Made by a program: the position numbers and the translations under genes. This document shows positions 1-8,189 of a DNA stretch of 20,000 nucleotides, one piece after another. How positions within the stretch are numbered: position 1 is the stretch's first letter; each line of letters begins with the position of its first letter. The notes below the pieces were generated by a model, which was not told where the DNA came from, searched no databases, and saw only the letters and a list, made by a program, of their open reading frames with translations. The stretch lies in the sequence record SRR33789315_92; one strand, given 5' to 3'.

Positions 1-3000
1 ATTCAGTTAAGTGATACCGCCAATCTCAGTTCACTTGGCAGTAAAGCCAATGTGAAGTTACAAGGCGCCACGATAGATTCATGGAGTGGTAACGCCACTA
101 TCAGCGATATTGATTTGGAACTGAGTAACGACAGTACTATTACCGCCAGTAACAGCAGTTTAAATATCAATAATTCCTCAATAAAAGGCGATGGTTACAC
201 CACACTTAGCACGGCTAATTATGGCTCTATGGCCTTTAATTCTGCGAAGTTAGACAGCGTCAATTTAAACGGTGAGTTTTATATAGGTGATAAAAATAAT
301 ACTCAGTGCGTCTATTACGATCCAGAGGCTGGCTGTTATCTGGTACAAAATATTAATAATGTCGAATGGAAAGCGGGTACCTCAGGCGTACTAGCATTAG
401 AAGGTAGTATCGAAGTATTCAGTTTCGGTGGAAGTGGCGTTGCAGCCAATGTTAAAGCGCTGATTTTAGATGGAAGTGAGCAGAGTAATGTTCTAGTTAA
501 CAATGGCGATATTATTATTTCGTCAGACAATGACGGCAAGGTGATCAATAGTTTTGGTATCGCCAATCAATCATCACTCACTGTCAAAAAAGATTTTACC
601 TTAGCAGGGGATGGCACGGTTACTTTGTGGGGAGCACAAGATAGTGTAAACCGCATGGGCGAGGGGGCGGCACTTCGCGCCAGTGGTTCAGGCATCGATT
701 TAGTCAATGGTGCTGAACATACTATTCGTGGTAACGGGGCAATCGTCGGATTTGCCAGCATTGATAATCAAGGCACCGTCGTTGCACAAGGCGACGAGTT
801 ATATTTGGCCAACACTTCGCTAACTAATAATGGTAATTTGGGCGCAGATTCTGGCGGTAACTTATATACCACAAGCGCTTGGAGCAATAACGGTCGTGTA
901 TTTGCCAACGGTACTGGCACTGTTACAAACGATATATTATTAGCACAAGGCACAACTAACCTTACTAATTTAACTGTTGCTGGCAACAGTATCAGTTTAA
1001 CCGACGGTCTATGGGAAGCCAGCAACGGTGGCAGAATCGATCTTGGCCGTGCATCCGCAGCGAGTAATTATACAGGCTTTAATAATAGTGCCGACATTCG
1101 TTTAGATGGCGCAACCGCAGAGATTAAAGTCGCTAAATCTATCGAAAACTTTGTGTTATTTAACAACCAACAAGATGGTTCATTGAGCTTAAGTAATGGC
1201 GCGTCTTTCGACTCTACCAAACTGCAAAATTCTGGAACGATTAATTTAGCTAATGCCACAGTTAAAGGCCTTGAAAACCAAACTGGCGGTTTAGTGCAGG
1301 GCCATGGGCAAGTTTATATAAATCACACGACTGATGCCTCTACTGGGGTAAGACAACTGATTAACGAAGGCACCATTCGTTCCGACGGTGGCTACTTGGC
1401 GATTAGTAACCTTGATAATAGTGTGCCGAGTACCTTTATTAACCGTGGCACGGTTGAGGTGATGGGTGGTTCAAACCTAAATTTTGGCGGCTATACCTAC
1501 AATGTATTTAATGGCACCGGGGGCACTTGGGCTGCTTATGGTGAAACGGCTGAAGCCACTATTGCGCTGCGTAACTTTAGCACCACAGATTTAGGCGCAG
1601 ATGGTGTGACCAATCTAGATAATGTCACCGTAAAACTCAGCGGTGCTTATGCTAATTTAGAAGCGCAATATCCAACAGATGGCCCAACTAAGATCATCAA
1701 TCTGCAAGAATCTCTGCAAGACATCAATGCAACCGCAAGCCTGCATTTGGCTAATGGCCAGCAGTTTGTTGCTAGCAATGATATTGATAATAAAGGCCAA
1801 ATTAAACTGCAAGCGGCTGACTTAAGCGTGAGCAATATAGTTAACAGCGGGACAGTGAGCGGCCATGGTGATCTTGTTACTAACAACATTGAAAATAGTG
1901 GTGTTATTAGTGCGGTAGGTGGGCAGCTTAACCTGCACAATACGATTACCAACAGCGGTAGTATTCAAACCGGTGAGCAATATGGCGATGTATTACATTT
2001 AAATTCTGCCACCATCAACGGTGGTAATGTAACTGTAGGCCAAAATGCACTACTTAACGGTGATGGTGTCTTACATAATGTGCTGCTCGACAACCAAGGC
2101 ACTATTTCTGCGGATGCGACTGGCTTAAGTATGAACCTTGCCAGTGGTTCAAGTAACAGTGGTTTGATAGAAGTCAGCTCGGGTGTACTCGCATTACAAG
2201 GTGATAGCTTGCAAAATGCCGGTGGTTTACTTGCCGCCAGAGCCAATAGCGAGTTGCAACTGCAAGGCATAACCGTGCTGGGTGGTGCTATTGATGTAGT
2301 AGGCAATGGTTCAGTATTAAGTGGTTATGGCACCTTGGATAATATTGCTCTGCAAATATCGGAAGGTACGGTTACTGCTAATGTGAATGGCCAGCGTTTA
2401 ACTCTAGACCCTGGCGATGCCGCACAATTGATGCGCGCTACTTTGCGGGCCGAAAATGGCGGTATTTTATTGTTAACTCAAGGTGATTTTGATAACGGCG
2501 GTGGCACCTTAATTCAAGCCAGAGAAGGCTCGGTGGTTGAGATTAAAAATATCTCCATGAATGGTGGCAGGTTAGAAACCATAGGTGATGGCAAAATCAT
2601 TGATCTTGGCTCAAGTGATTTTACTAACATGAGTTTTAACGCGAATACCGAAGTGGCCAACGGCGGAGAATTTAACTTACATGGCACTATCATCAATACC
2701 TCGTCACTCACCGCCTTAAACGGTGGTGAAATTGTCATGCATGATGCCAATCTAACCGCTTATACCTTAAAAACTATTACTCATCCTGATGGCAGTGTGA
2801 CCTTTGAACCGGTAGCCAGTGATGGGCAATTAAATATCGCCGCTGGTGGTACTTTTAAAGGTGAGGGTAGAGTGGATGAGCTCGCTATGGATAACCAAGG
2901 CACTATTCATGCCGATGGCACTAAAGCATTAATTTTTGATTTAAAAGGCGACTTATTTACTAACAATGGCACGGTTGAAGTTAGCGGTGCGGGCGGTATG

Positions 3001-3657
3001 CAAATTGACGACAATCAAGTGCTTAATAATGGCAAAGTGAATGTTCAATCAACCTTGACCTTAGCTAACAACTTTATTCAACAAGGTGGTGAACTGAATG
3101 TTGATGGTGAGTTGGTGGCCAGTAACGTGACTATTGATAAAGGCAGTTTAGCTGGTAGTGGTGTAGTGGATGCTGATGTAACAGTGAACGAAGATGGAAG
3201 GATAGGCCGTGGCAGTTTGATCTTAATGCAAGATTTAAATTTATTTGGCACCCTTGAAGTTGATATGAATAAATCCAGTCTGTTTAATATGTTAGATGTT
3301 AGAGGCATAGTAACAGTAGATTCTACGACAAAGTTTGATTTAGTTTTTGCACCTGATTATGACCCATTAGCGGGTGTCGACTTTGATTTTGACTTTATTA
3401 AAAACTTTGTTGGTTTTGATTTATTAAGTGTGACTAACTTTATTGTTACCGGTTTAAGTGACGCTTTTGATTGGGCAGTGGTGTGGGATGAAATCAACGG
3501 CGGATTTGCAGTGGATATATTTGACGACAAGTCAGATGTTAGCGCTGATGTTCCTGAACCTTATACAGTCATGCTCTTCCTATTTGGTATCGCCTTTTTG
3601 ATTTTACGTCGTAAAGAACCGGCGCCAAAACGTAAGAGTGATTTAACAGATAATTGA
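1..3657 (+). CDS. Large Gly/Asn/Thr-rich beta-strand-repeat (autotransporter-passenger/adhesin-like) protein with C-terminal PEP-CTERM sorting domain; 5'-truncated
   Basis: Frame +1 has no stop from position 1 (att cag tta agt gat...) to TGA at 3655-3657, so GTG at 52 is probably internal. Repeated NxG / DNQGT[IV]xA motifs. C-terminus DVPEP-YTVMLFLFGIAFLIL-RRK. Confidence 0.85.
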   Translation: MQLSDTANLSSLGSKANVKLQGATIDSWSGNATISDIDLELSNDSTITASNSSLNINNSSIKGDGYTTLSTANYGSMAFNSAKLDSVNLNGEFYIGDKNNTQCVYYDPEAGCYLVQNINNVEWKAGTSGVLALEGSIEVFSFGGSGVAANVKALILDGSEQSNVLVNNGDIIISSDNDGKVINSFGIANQSSLTVKKDFTLAGDGTVTLWGAQDSVNRMGEGAALRASGSGIDLVNGAEHTIRGNGAIVGFASIDNQGTVVAQGDELYLANTSLTNNGNLGADSGGNLYTTSAWSNNGRVFANGTGTVTNDILLAQGTTNLTNLTVAGNSISLTDGLWEASNGGRIDLGRASAASNYTGFNNSADIRLDGATAEIKVAKSIENFVLFNNQQDGSLSLSNGASFDSTKLQNSGTINLANATVKGLENQTGGLVQGHGQVYINHTTDASTGVRQLINEGTIRSDGGYLAISNLDNSVPSTFINRGTVEVMGGSNLNFGGYTYNVFNGTGGTWAAYGETAEATIALRNFSTTDLGADGVTNLDNVTVKLSGAYANLEAQYPTDGPTKIINLQESLQDINATASLHLANGQQFVASNDIDNKGQIKLQAADLSVSNIVNSGTVSGHGDLVTNNIENSGVISAVGGQLNLHNTITNSGSIQTGEQYGDVLHLNSATINGGNVTVGQNALLNGDGVLHNVLLDNQGTISADATGLSMNLASGSSNSGLIEVSSGVLALQGDSLQNAGGLLAARANSELQLQGITVLGGAIDVVGNGSVLSGYGTLDNIALQISEGTVTANVNGQRLTLDPGDAAQLMRATLRAENGGILLLTQGDFDNGGGTLIQAREGSVVEIKNISMNGGRLETIGDGKIIDLGSSDFTNMSFNANTEVANGGEFNLHGTIINTSSLTALNGGEIVMHDANLTAYTLKTITHPDGSVTFEPVASDGQLNIAAGGTFKGEGRVDELAMDNQGTIHADGTKALIFDLKGDLFTNNGTVEVSGAGGMQIDDNQVLNNGKVNVQSTLTLANNFIQQGGELNVDGELVASNVTIDKGSLAGSGVVDADVTVNEDGRIGRGSLILMQDLNLFGTLEVDMNKSSLFNMLDVRGIVTVDSTTKFDLVFAPDYDPLAGVDFDFDFIKNFVGFDLLSVTNFIVTGLSDAFDWAVVWDEINGGFAVDIFDDKSDVSADVPEPYTVMLFLFGIAFLILRRKEPAPKRKSDLTDN
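3550..3615 (+). other. PEP-CTERM exosortase sorting signal (VPEP, TM helix, basic cluster)
   Basis: Translation VPEPYTVMLFLFGIAFLILRRK matches the tripartite PEP-CTERM pattern near the C-terminus. Confidence 0.9.
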
Positions 3658-3683
3658 TCTGTTAATAAAAAAGTAAATGTGTA

Positions 3684-3707
3684 AAAACCGGTGTGACGAC
3701 CGGTTTT
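3684..3707. terminator. Probable bidirectional intrinsic terminator between convergent genes
   Basis: AAAACCGGT-gtgacg-ACCGGTTTT hairpin with A/T tails, between stop codons at 3657 (+) and 3725 (-). Confidence 0.7.
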
Positions 3708-3724
3708 GTCATTTTTACTCTGAG

Positions 3725-4900
3725 TTATTTGAGTAAAAATTGATGATGGTATTTGCTCGCTTCCGTTGCTGCTAAAACAAAATGGTAGAGCGTACTGGCG
3801 GGAGCATGATCGCTGAGTACTTGGTTATCTTCGTCCACTTTATCGATATAACTACCTTTGATTTTAGGGTGTAGGTAGTAGTCAAATAAGAGTTGAATGC
3901 CCAGTGATGCCTTCTCTTCATAGTACTTACGTTGGCTGTCGTGCTGCAAAGAAGCTTGCGCCAAGCTGGCTTTTATTAATTCAGTTAATGGCCAGCAGCG
4001 TTTAGTGCCATTGATTACTTTACCTTGCTTGTCAACAGCGTCATAGATTAATTGGCTGAGTGGGTCAAAGCCTATGGCTATGGCATTTTGATATAGTGCA
4101 TCACAATAATGACCTGTAGGTGTGGCGGTTAAACGTTCGTACCAACGTAATAGCCAAACCCATTCAAACATATGTCCTGGCTCGACTGTTTTACCTAGGT
4201 AATTTTTCGCCAATTGCCAATCTAATTCAAAAAATTCTCGTAATATTCCGGATTTTGGGTCGAAGAATACCTGTTCAAATAAGCTGAATACTTGGCCGGC
4301 CTTGGCCAACCATTTACTATCATGGGTAACTTCGTAGCCCGTCATAAAGGCTTCAAACAAGTGCATGTGTGGGTTTTGACGGCGTATGGGAGAGAAGTAA
4401 TTACCTTCTAACCAACCTGCAGAGCTATTCTTAAAATGGCATTCTATATAGGCCAATAGTTGGTTGGCTTCGTCCAGTGCCGATGTATCTTGATAGGCGT
4501 TAAATCGATGAAAACAGGCTAATAAATAAAAGGCAAAATCATAGGTGTCGAGCTTAGGTTCAAGTATTTTATTGTCGGGCGTTAGGCACTGCGCGTAGCC
4601 TGCAATACTGGGGGAAATTTTCCCATGAGTTTTCATAAAAGCAACAATGTTATTAGCTAAAGGCAAGCTGTTTGTAAGCCATCCTTGTTGCTGTGCAATG
4701 CTAAAAACCACTATTTGTCTGGCTTGTACTCTAGTTCTTTGGTTTACATTGATATCAGGCTGTCCATTAAATAATAACTGTTCATACACCGCCCCCGTCT
4801 TTGGATTAATTCCTGCGCTTGCCCAGTACGGCAAAGCATCTTCATTTATCCAAGTTGGTAATCGTTCTATTTGTTGTTTTAATGTACTTGTATTTGACAT
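3725..4900 (-). CDS. AGE-family (N-acylglucosamine 2-epimerase superfamily) epimerase/isomerase; mannose-6-phosphate isomerase type III-like or mannose isomerase
   Basis: 391 aa; motifs RTRVQARQ, RRQNPHMHLFEA, EPGHMFEWVWLL, WPLTE and PASTLYH supply the Arg/His/His/His set of the (alpha/alpha)6 AGE fold. Exact substrate is inferred. Confidence 0.8.
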   Translation of the reverse strand: MSNTSTLKQQIERLPTWINEDALPYWASAGINPKTGAVYEQLLFNGQPDINVNQRTRVQARQIVVFSIAQQQGWLTNSLPLANNIVAFMKTHGKISPSIAGYAQCLTPDNKILEPKLDTYDFAFYLLACFHRFNAYQDTSALDEANQLLAYIECHFKNSSAGWLEGNYFSPIRRQNPHMHLFEAFMTGYEVTHDSKWLAKAGQVFSLFEQVFFDPKSGILREFFELDWQLAKNYLGKTVEPGHMFEWVWLLRWYERLTATPTGHYCDALYQNAIAIGFDPLSQLIYDAVDKQGKVINGTKRCWPLTELIKASLAQASLQHDSQRKYYEEKASLGIQLLFDYYLHPKIKGSYIDKVDEDNQVLSDHAPASTLYHFVLAATEASKYHHQFLLK

Positions 4901-4930
4901 GATGAAACTGATTGACGACGAGATATTATG

Positions 4931-4948
4931 AATGTAACCCGTTACATT
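4931..4948. promoter_or_regulatory. Putative LacI-family operator 1
   Basis: AATGTAAC-CC-GTTACATT near-perfect palindrome about 30-48 bp upstream of the AGE isomerase start; core GTAACCCGTTAC at 4934-4945. Confidence 0.75.
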
Positions 4949-5011
4949 TGTGTCGGCAAGTAAAAATATAAGATTTTTACTTTAGACTCATCTAATAGGG
5001 TTAAATCAAAG

Positions 5012-6007
5012 CTAAGTGCGCGGTGGTGCGGTACTTTGACGAATAATAAACTCAATGGGTAATACATATTCTGTTTGAGCCGGTTGTTGTTCTAATAATA
5101 ATTGAAAAAGCAACTCAGCAGAACGTTCGCCAATTTTTTCTGCGGGCTGCGCCACAGTGGTTAAAGGGGGATCACAATAACGTGATACATCTAAATCATC
5201 GAAACCGGTAATTGAAATATCTTGCGGGAGGCGTAAGCCCTTAGATTTAAGGCCTTTCATCGCGCCAATAGCCATTTCATCATTCATGCAGAATATGGCA
5301 GTAGGAATATCTTGCATACGACTAAAATGTTCGCTGGCTTGTAAGCCTGACCATAAAGTAAAGTCACCTTCGGCTAGCAGTTTTTCATCATACTCAATAT
5401 TTGCTTCAGCTAGTGCTTGTTTATAGCCTTTTAAGCGGTCAATGGTATGCGGGTTATTATGAAGGCCGCTTATCACTCCAATGCGCTTATGACCCAATGA
5501 AATTAAATACTTAACCACTTCTTTTGCTACGCCTACATTATCGATACGTACTGTGGGATAGGGGGTGTTTTCACAACCACTGGCGTTGACGGCCGGTACT
5601 CTAGATATTGGCAATAAAGAATCATTTTCGCTATAAGGACGTAACTGTATAATGCCGTCTGCTTGGCGCGTTTCAACTAAACTAATATATTGTTTTTCCA
5701 AAGCTTTTGAGTCACGAGTATCACCGAGTAATACGCTAAAACCTTTTTTTTGCGCCACACTCTCAATACCACTGATGACTTTGGCAAAAAATAAGTTGGC
5801 AATATCAGGTACCAATATAATAATGGTATTGGCTTGTTTATTACGGAATTTTTGCGACAGCATATTGGGCCGGTATTGTAATTTCTCGATTGCATCATGT
5901 ACTTTTTTTAGGCTTTCTTTTGTGACTTTTTCTGGCGAACTTAAGGCCCTTGAAACGGTGGCGATTGACAGGCCAGCCTCTTTTGATACATCTCTAATGG
6001 TCGACAA
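5012..6007 (-). CDS. LacI/GalR-family transcriptional regulator, probable repressor of the mannan locus
   Basis: N-terminal HTH TIRDVSKEAGLSIATVSRAL, hinge YRPN, sugar-binding domain ending GFDD..PPLTTVAQP. Confidence 0.95.
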   Translation of the reverse strand: MSTIRDVSKEAGLSIATVSRALSSPEKVTKESLKKVHDAIEKLQYRPNMLSQKFRNKQANTIIILVPDIANLFFAKVISGIESVAQKKGFSVLLGDTRDSKALEKQYISLVETRQADGIIQLRPYSENDSLLPISRVPAVNASGCENTPYPTVRIDNVGVAKEVVKYLISLGHKRIGVISGLHNNPHTIDRLKGYKQALAEANIEYDEKLLAEGDFTLWSGLQASEHFSRMQDIPTAIFCMNDEMAIGAMKGLKSKGLRLPQDISITGFDDLDVSRYCDPPLTTVAQPAEKIGERSAELLFQLLLEQQPAQTEYVLPIEFIIRQSTAPPRT

Positions 6008-6099
6008 ATTATAACTCCAACGGCGTACTTACTTATAGTTAATGAAACATTTTACATTATTTTTAACTTATCGGTAGAAACGCCAATAAAAATAGCTTG

Positions 6100-6111
6100 A
6101 TAACCGGTTAC
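6100..6111. promoter_or_regulatory. Putative LacI-family operator 2
   Basis: ATAACCGGTTAC in the divergent lacI/symporter intergenic region; overlaps a -35-like TTGATA at 6097-6102. Confidence 0.75.
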
Positions 6112-6139
6112 ATTTAAGTAACAATTTCACTTCTTTAAG

Positions 6140-6151
6140 GTAACCGGTTAC
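6140..6151. promoter_or_regulatory. Putative LacI-family operator 3
   Basis: Perfect palindrome GTAACCGGTTAC; the 15-mer TAACCGGTTACATTT is repeated exactly at 6101-6115 and 6141-6155. Confidence 0.8.
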
Positions 6152-6165
6152 ATTTTGAGTTGGAA

Positions 6166-6177
6166 GTAACGGGTTAA
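6166..6177. promoter_or_regulatory. Putative degenerate operator 4
   Basis: GTAACGGGTTAA, 10/12 match to the consensus, just upstream of the symporter start. Confidence 0.5.
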
Positions 6178-6204
6178 TAAGCAAAACCCCATTAAGTGAT
6201 ATCA

Positions 6205-8061
6205 ATGAATTTATCCCTATTAGATCTGAGTATTATTGTTGCCTATTTAACGTTGTCTTTAGGTATTGGCTTTTGGATTTCTAAACGCGCAAGTCGCAAC
6301 ATTGAGGGGTATTTCTTAGGTGGTAATGAACTTAAGTGGTACTACTTGGGTTTGTCTAATGCCTCTGGCATGTTTGATATTAGCGGCACCATGTGGATGG
6401 TCTATTTACTGTTTATTTATGGTTTAAAAAGTATTTTCATTCCTTGGTTATGGCCAGCATTTAATCAAATTTTTATGTTGGTGTTTTTGTCTATTTGGCT
6501 GCGCCGTTCTGGCGTCATGACTGGAGCTGAATGGATCCGTTTTCGTTTTGGCGATAGTACTGGCGCCAAACTCAGTCATATTGTGGTGGTTGTTTTTGCC
6601 TTAGTGAATGTCTTGGGTTTTTTGGCTTATAGCTTTATTGGAGCTGGTAAGTTTTCTGCCGGTTTTATGCCCTGGCAATTGTCTAGCGATCCTCATCTAA
6701 ATGAAGTGTATTACGGTTTAATTTTAACCTTTATTACCATGCTTTATGTCGTGAAAGGCGGTATGTATAGCGTGGTGATCACAGAAGTGGTGCAGTTTGT
6801 CATTATGACCATAGCCTGTGTGGCCATTGGCATTATCGCCATGCAGCAAGTGTCTCCTGAAATGTTAGCGAAAGCCGTGCCCGCAGGTTGGGATAAAATT
6901 CAGTTTGCTTGGCAGCTTAACTTAGATTGGTCGACTATTTTACCTAGTGCAAATACCAAAATTTCCGAAGATGGTTACTCGATGTTTGGCATTTTTATGA
7001 TGCTAGTTATTTTTAAAGGCGTATTACAAAGTATGGCAGGACCCGCGCCAAACTATGATATGCAGCGTGTATTGTCTGCTCGCTCACCTACTGATGCGGC
7101 AAAAATGAGTTGGTTTGTGAGTGTCGTACTACTTATTCCCCGTTATATGATGATTACTGGCCTCGCTATTTTGGCGTTGGTGTTTTTTAATGATGAATTG
7201 AATGGTATGGGCAGTGATGTCGATTTTGAGCAAATATTACCTTTTGCTCTAGCTAACTATGTACCCTCAGGTTTGTTGGGATTAGTCTTGGCAGGACTGT
7301 TAGCGACATTTATGTCAACTTTCGCCGCGACCACTAATGCAGCGCCCGCTTACGTCGTCAATGATATTTACAAACGCTATATCAATCCCAATGCGGCAGA
7401 TCGCACCTATGTATATTTAAGCTACCTAGTGTCTATCGTCTTTGTGGTATTAGGTACTACTATCGGATTATTTATTCCGACTTTAAATGGCTTGATCATG
7501 TGGATAGTGTCAGCCCTTTACGGGGGCTATACTGCCGCGAATGTCCTCAAATGGTATTGGTGGAGATTTAATGGTTATGGTTATTTTTACGGAATGTTGA
7601 CTGGTATCGTTGTAGCTATTCCTATGATGTTTACTGATATTTCTCCTTTATATGCTTTCCCTTTTCTGTTTCTACTGTGTCTGATTGGTTGCCTAGTAGG
7701 GGCATTATTAACGCCTCCCGATGATATGCAGGTATTGAAGCACTTTTATGCGAAAACGCGACCGTGGGGTTGGTGGAAACCCGTATTGCTTGAGATCCAA
7801 AAAGAGTACCCAGAGGTGCAGCCAAATCGCCATTTTAAGCGAGACATGGCAAATGTAGTGGTAGGTATTATTTGGCATAGTGGTTTAATTGCCGCACCGA
7901 TATTTTTAGTTATTCAACAATTTGAACCTATGACTTTCGCGTTGGCGGTGGTTATATTATGTTCAATCTTTCTTAAGGTTTATTGGTGGAATACTTTGGA
8001 GGATTACCCTCATGATATGCCTCCTGCCATGCTGAATAGCCCTATAAGTTTAAAAATTTAA
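6205..8061 (+). CDS. Sodium:solute symporter (SSS/SLC5 family), probable mannobiose/manno-oligosaccharide importer
   Basis: Many hydrophobic helices; SSS motifs YFLGG, Y..KGGMYSVVITEVVQF, MQRVLSARS, GLLGLVLAGLLATFMST..NDIY. Start is ATG 6205 or GTG 6196. Substrate inferred from context. Confidence 0.88.
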   Translation: MNLSLLDLSIIVAYLTLSLGIGFWISKRASRNIEGYFLGGNELKWYYLGLSNASGMFDISGTMWMVYLLFIYGLKSIFIPWLWPAFNQIFMLVFLSIWLRRSGVMTGAEWIRFRFGDSTGAKLSHIVVVVFALVNVLGFLAYSFIGAGKFSAGFMPWQLSSDPHLNEVYYGLILTFITMLYVVKGGMYSVVITEVVQFVIMTIACVAIGIIAMQQVSPEMLAKAVPAGWDKIQFAWQLNLDWSTILPSANTKISEDGYSMFGIFMMLVIFKGVLQSMAGPAPNYDMQRVLSARSPTDAAKMSWFVSVVLLIPRYMMITGLAILALVFFNDELNGMGSDVDFEQILPFALANYVPSGLLGLVLAGLLATFMSTFAATTNAAPAYVVNDIYKRYINPNAADRTYVYLSYLVSIVFVVLGTTIGLFIPTLNGLIMWIVSALYGGYTAANVLKWYWWRFNGYGYFYGMLTGIVVAIPMMFTDISPLYAFPFLFLLCLIGCLVGALLTPPDDMQVLKHFYAKTRPWGWWKPVLLEIQKEYPEVQPNRHFKRDMANVVVGIIWHSGLIAAPIFLVIQQFEPMTFALAVVILCSIFLKVYWWNTLEDYPHDMPPAMLNSPISLKI

Positions 8062-8092
8062 TTATGTTTTAAATATCAATCAACAGACATCT

Positions 8093-8101
8093 TGCTATGA
8101 T
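8093..8101 (+). promoter_or_regulatory. Candidate extended -10 sigma70 promoter for the GH130-CE-GH5 transcript
   Basis: TG-c-TATGAT immediately upstream of operator 5. Confidence 0.5.
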
Positions 8102-8102
8102 G

Positions 8103-8114
8103 GTAACCGGTTAC
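8103..8114. promoter_or_regulatory. Putative LacI-family operator 5
   Basis: Perfect palindrome GTAACCGGTTAC in the 128-bp gap between the symporter and GH130 genes. Confidence 0.8.
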
Positions 8115-8189
8115 TGAAAAGGTTTTCATTTTTAGTTTGGCGAGATGTGAGCCTGTATTAGCTAGTTTATAAAGATAAAAGAGTACCTT

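Noticed and set aside
52..54. GTG start given by the ORF track
   Set aside because: The frame is open back to position 1 and no RBS or signal peptide follows; the true start probably lies outside the window.
336..3308. Series of short minus-strand ORFs (63-113 aa) opposite the PEP-CTERM gene
   Set aside because: Antisense shadows of a biased Gly/Asn-rich coding strand; no recognisable motifs.
3000..3657. Classical type Va autotransporter call
   Set aside because: No roughly 300-aa C-terminal beta-barrel or terminal aromatic residue; the C-terminus is a PEP-CTERM signal.
4647..6014. Alternative ORFs 4647-4931(+), 5652-6014(+) and 5677-5898(-)
   Set aside because: They largely overlap well-supported AGE and LacI genes and have no protein-family features.
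6101..6177. Direct repeats as a mini-CRISPR or REP element
   Set aside because: Only two exact 15-bp copies, no cas genes, and the same palindrome recurs singly at other promoters, so operators explain it better.
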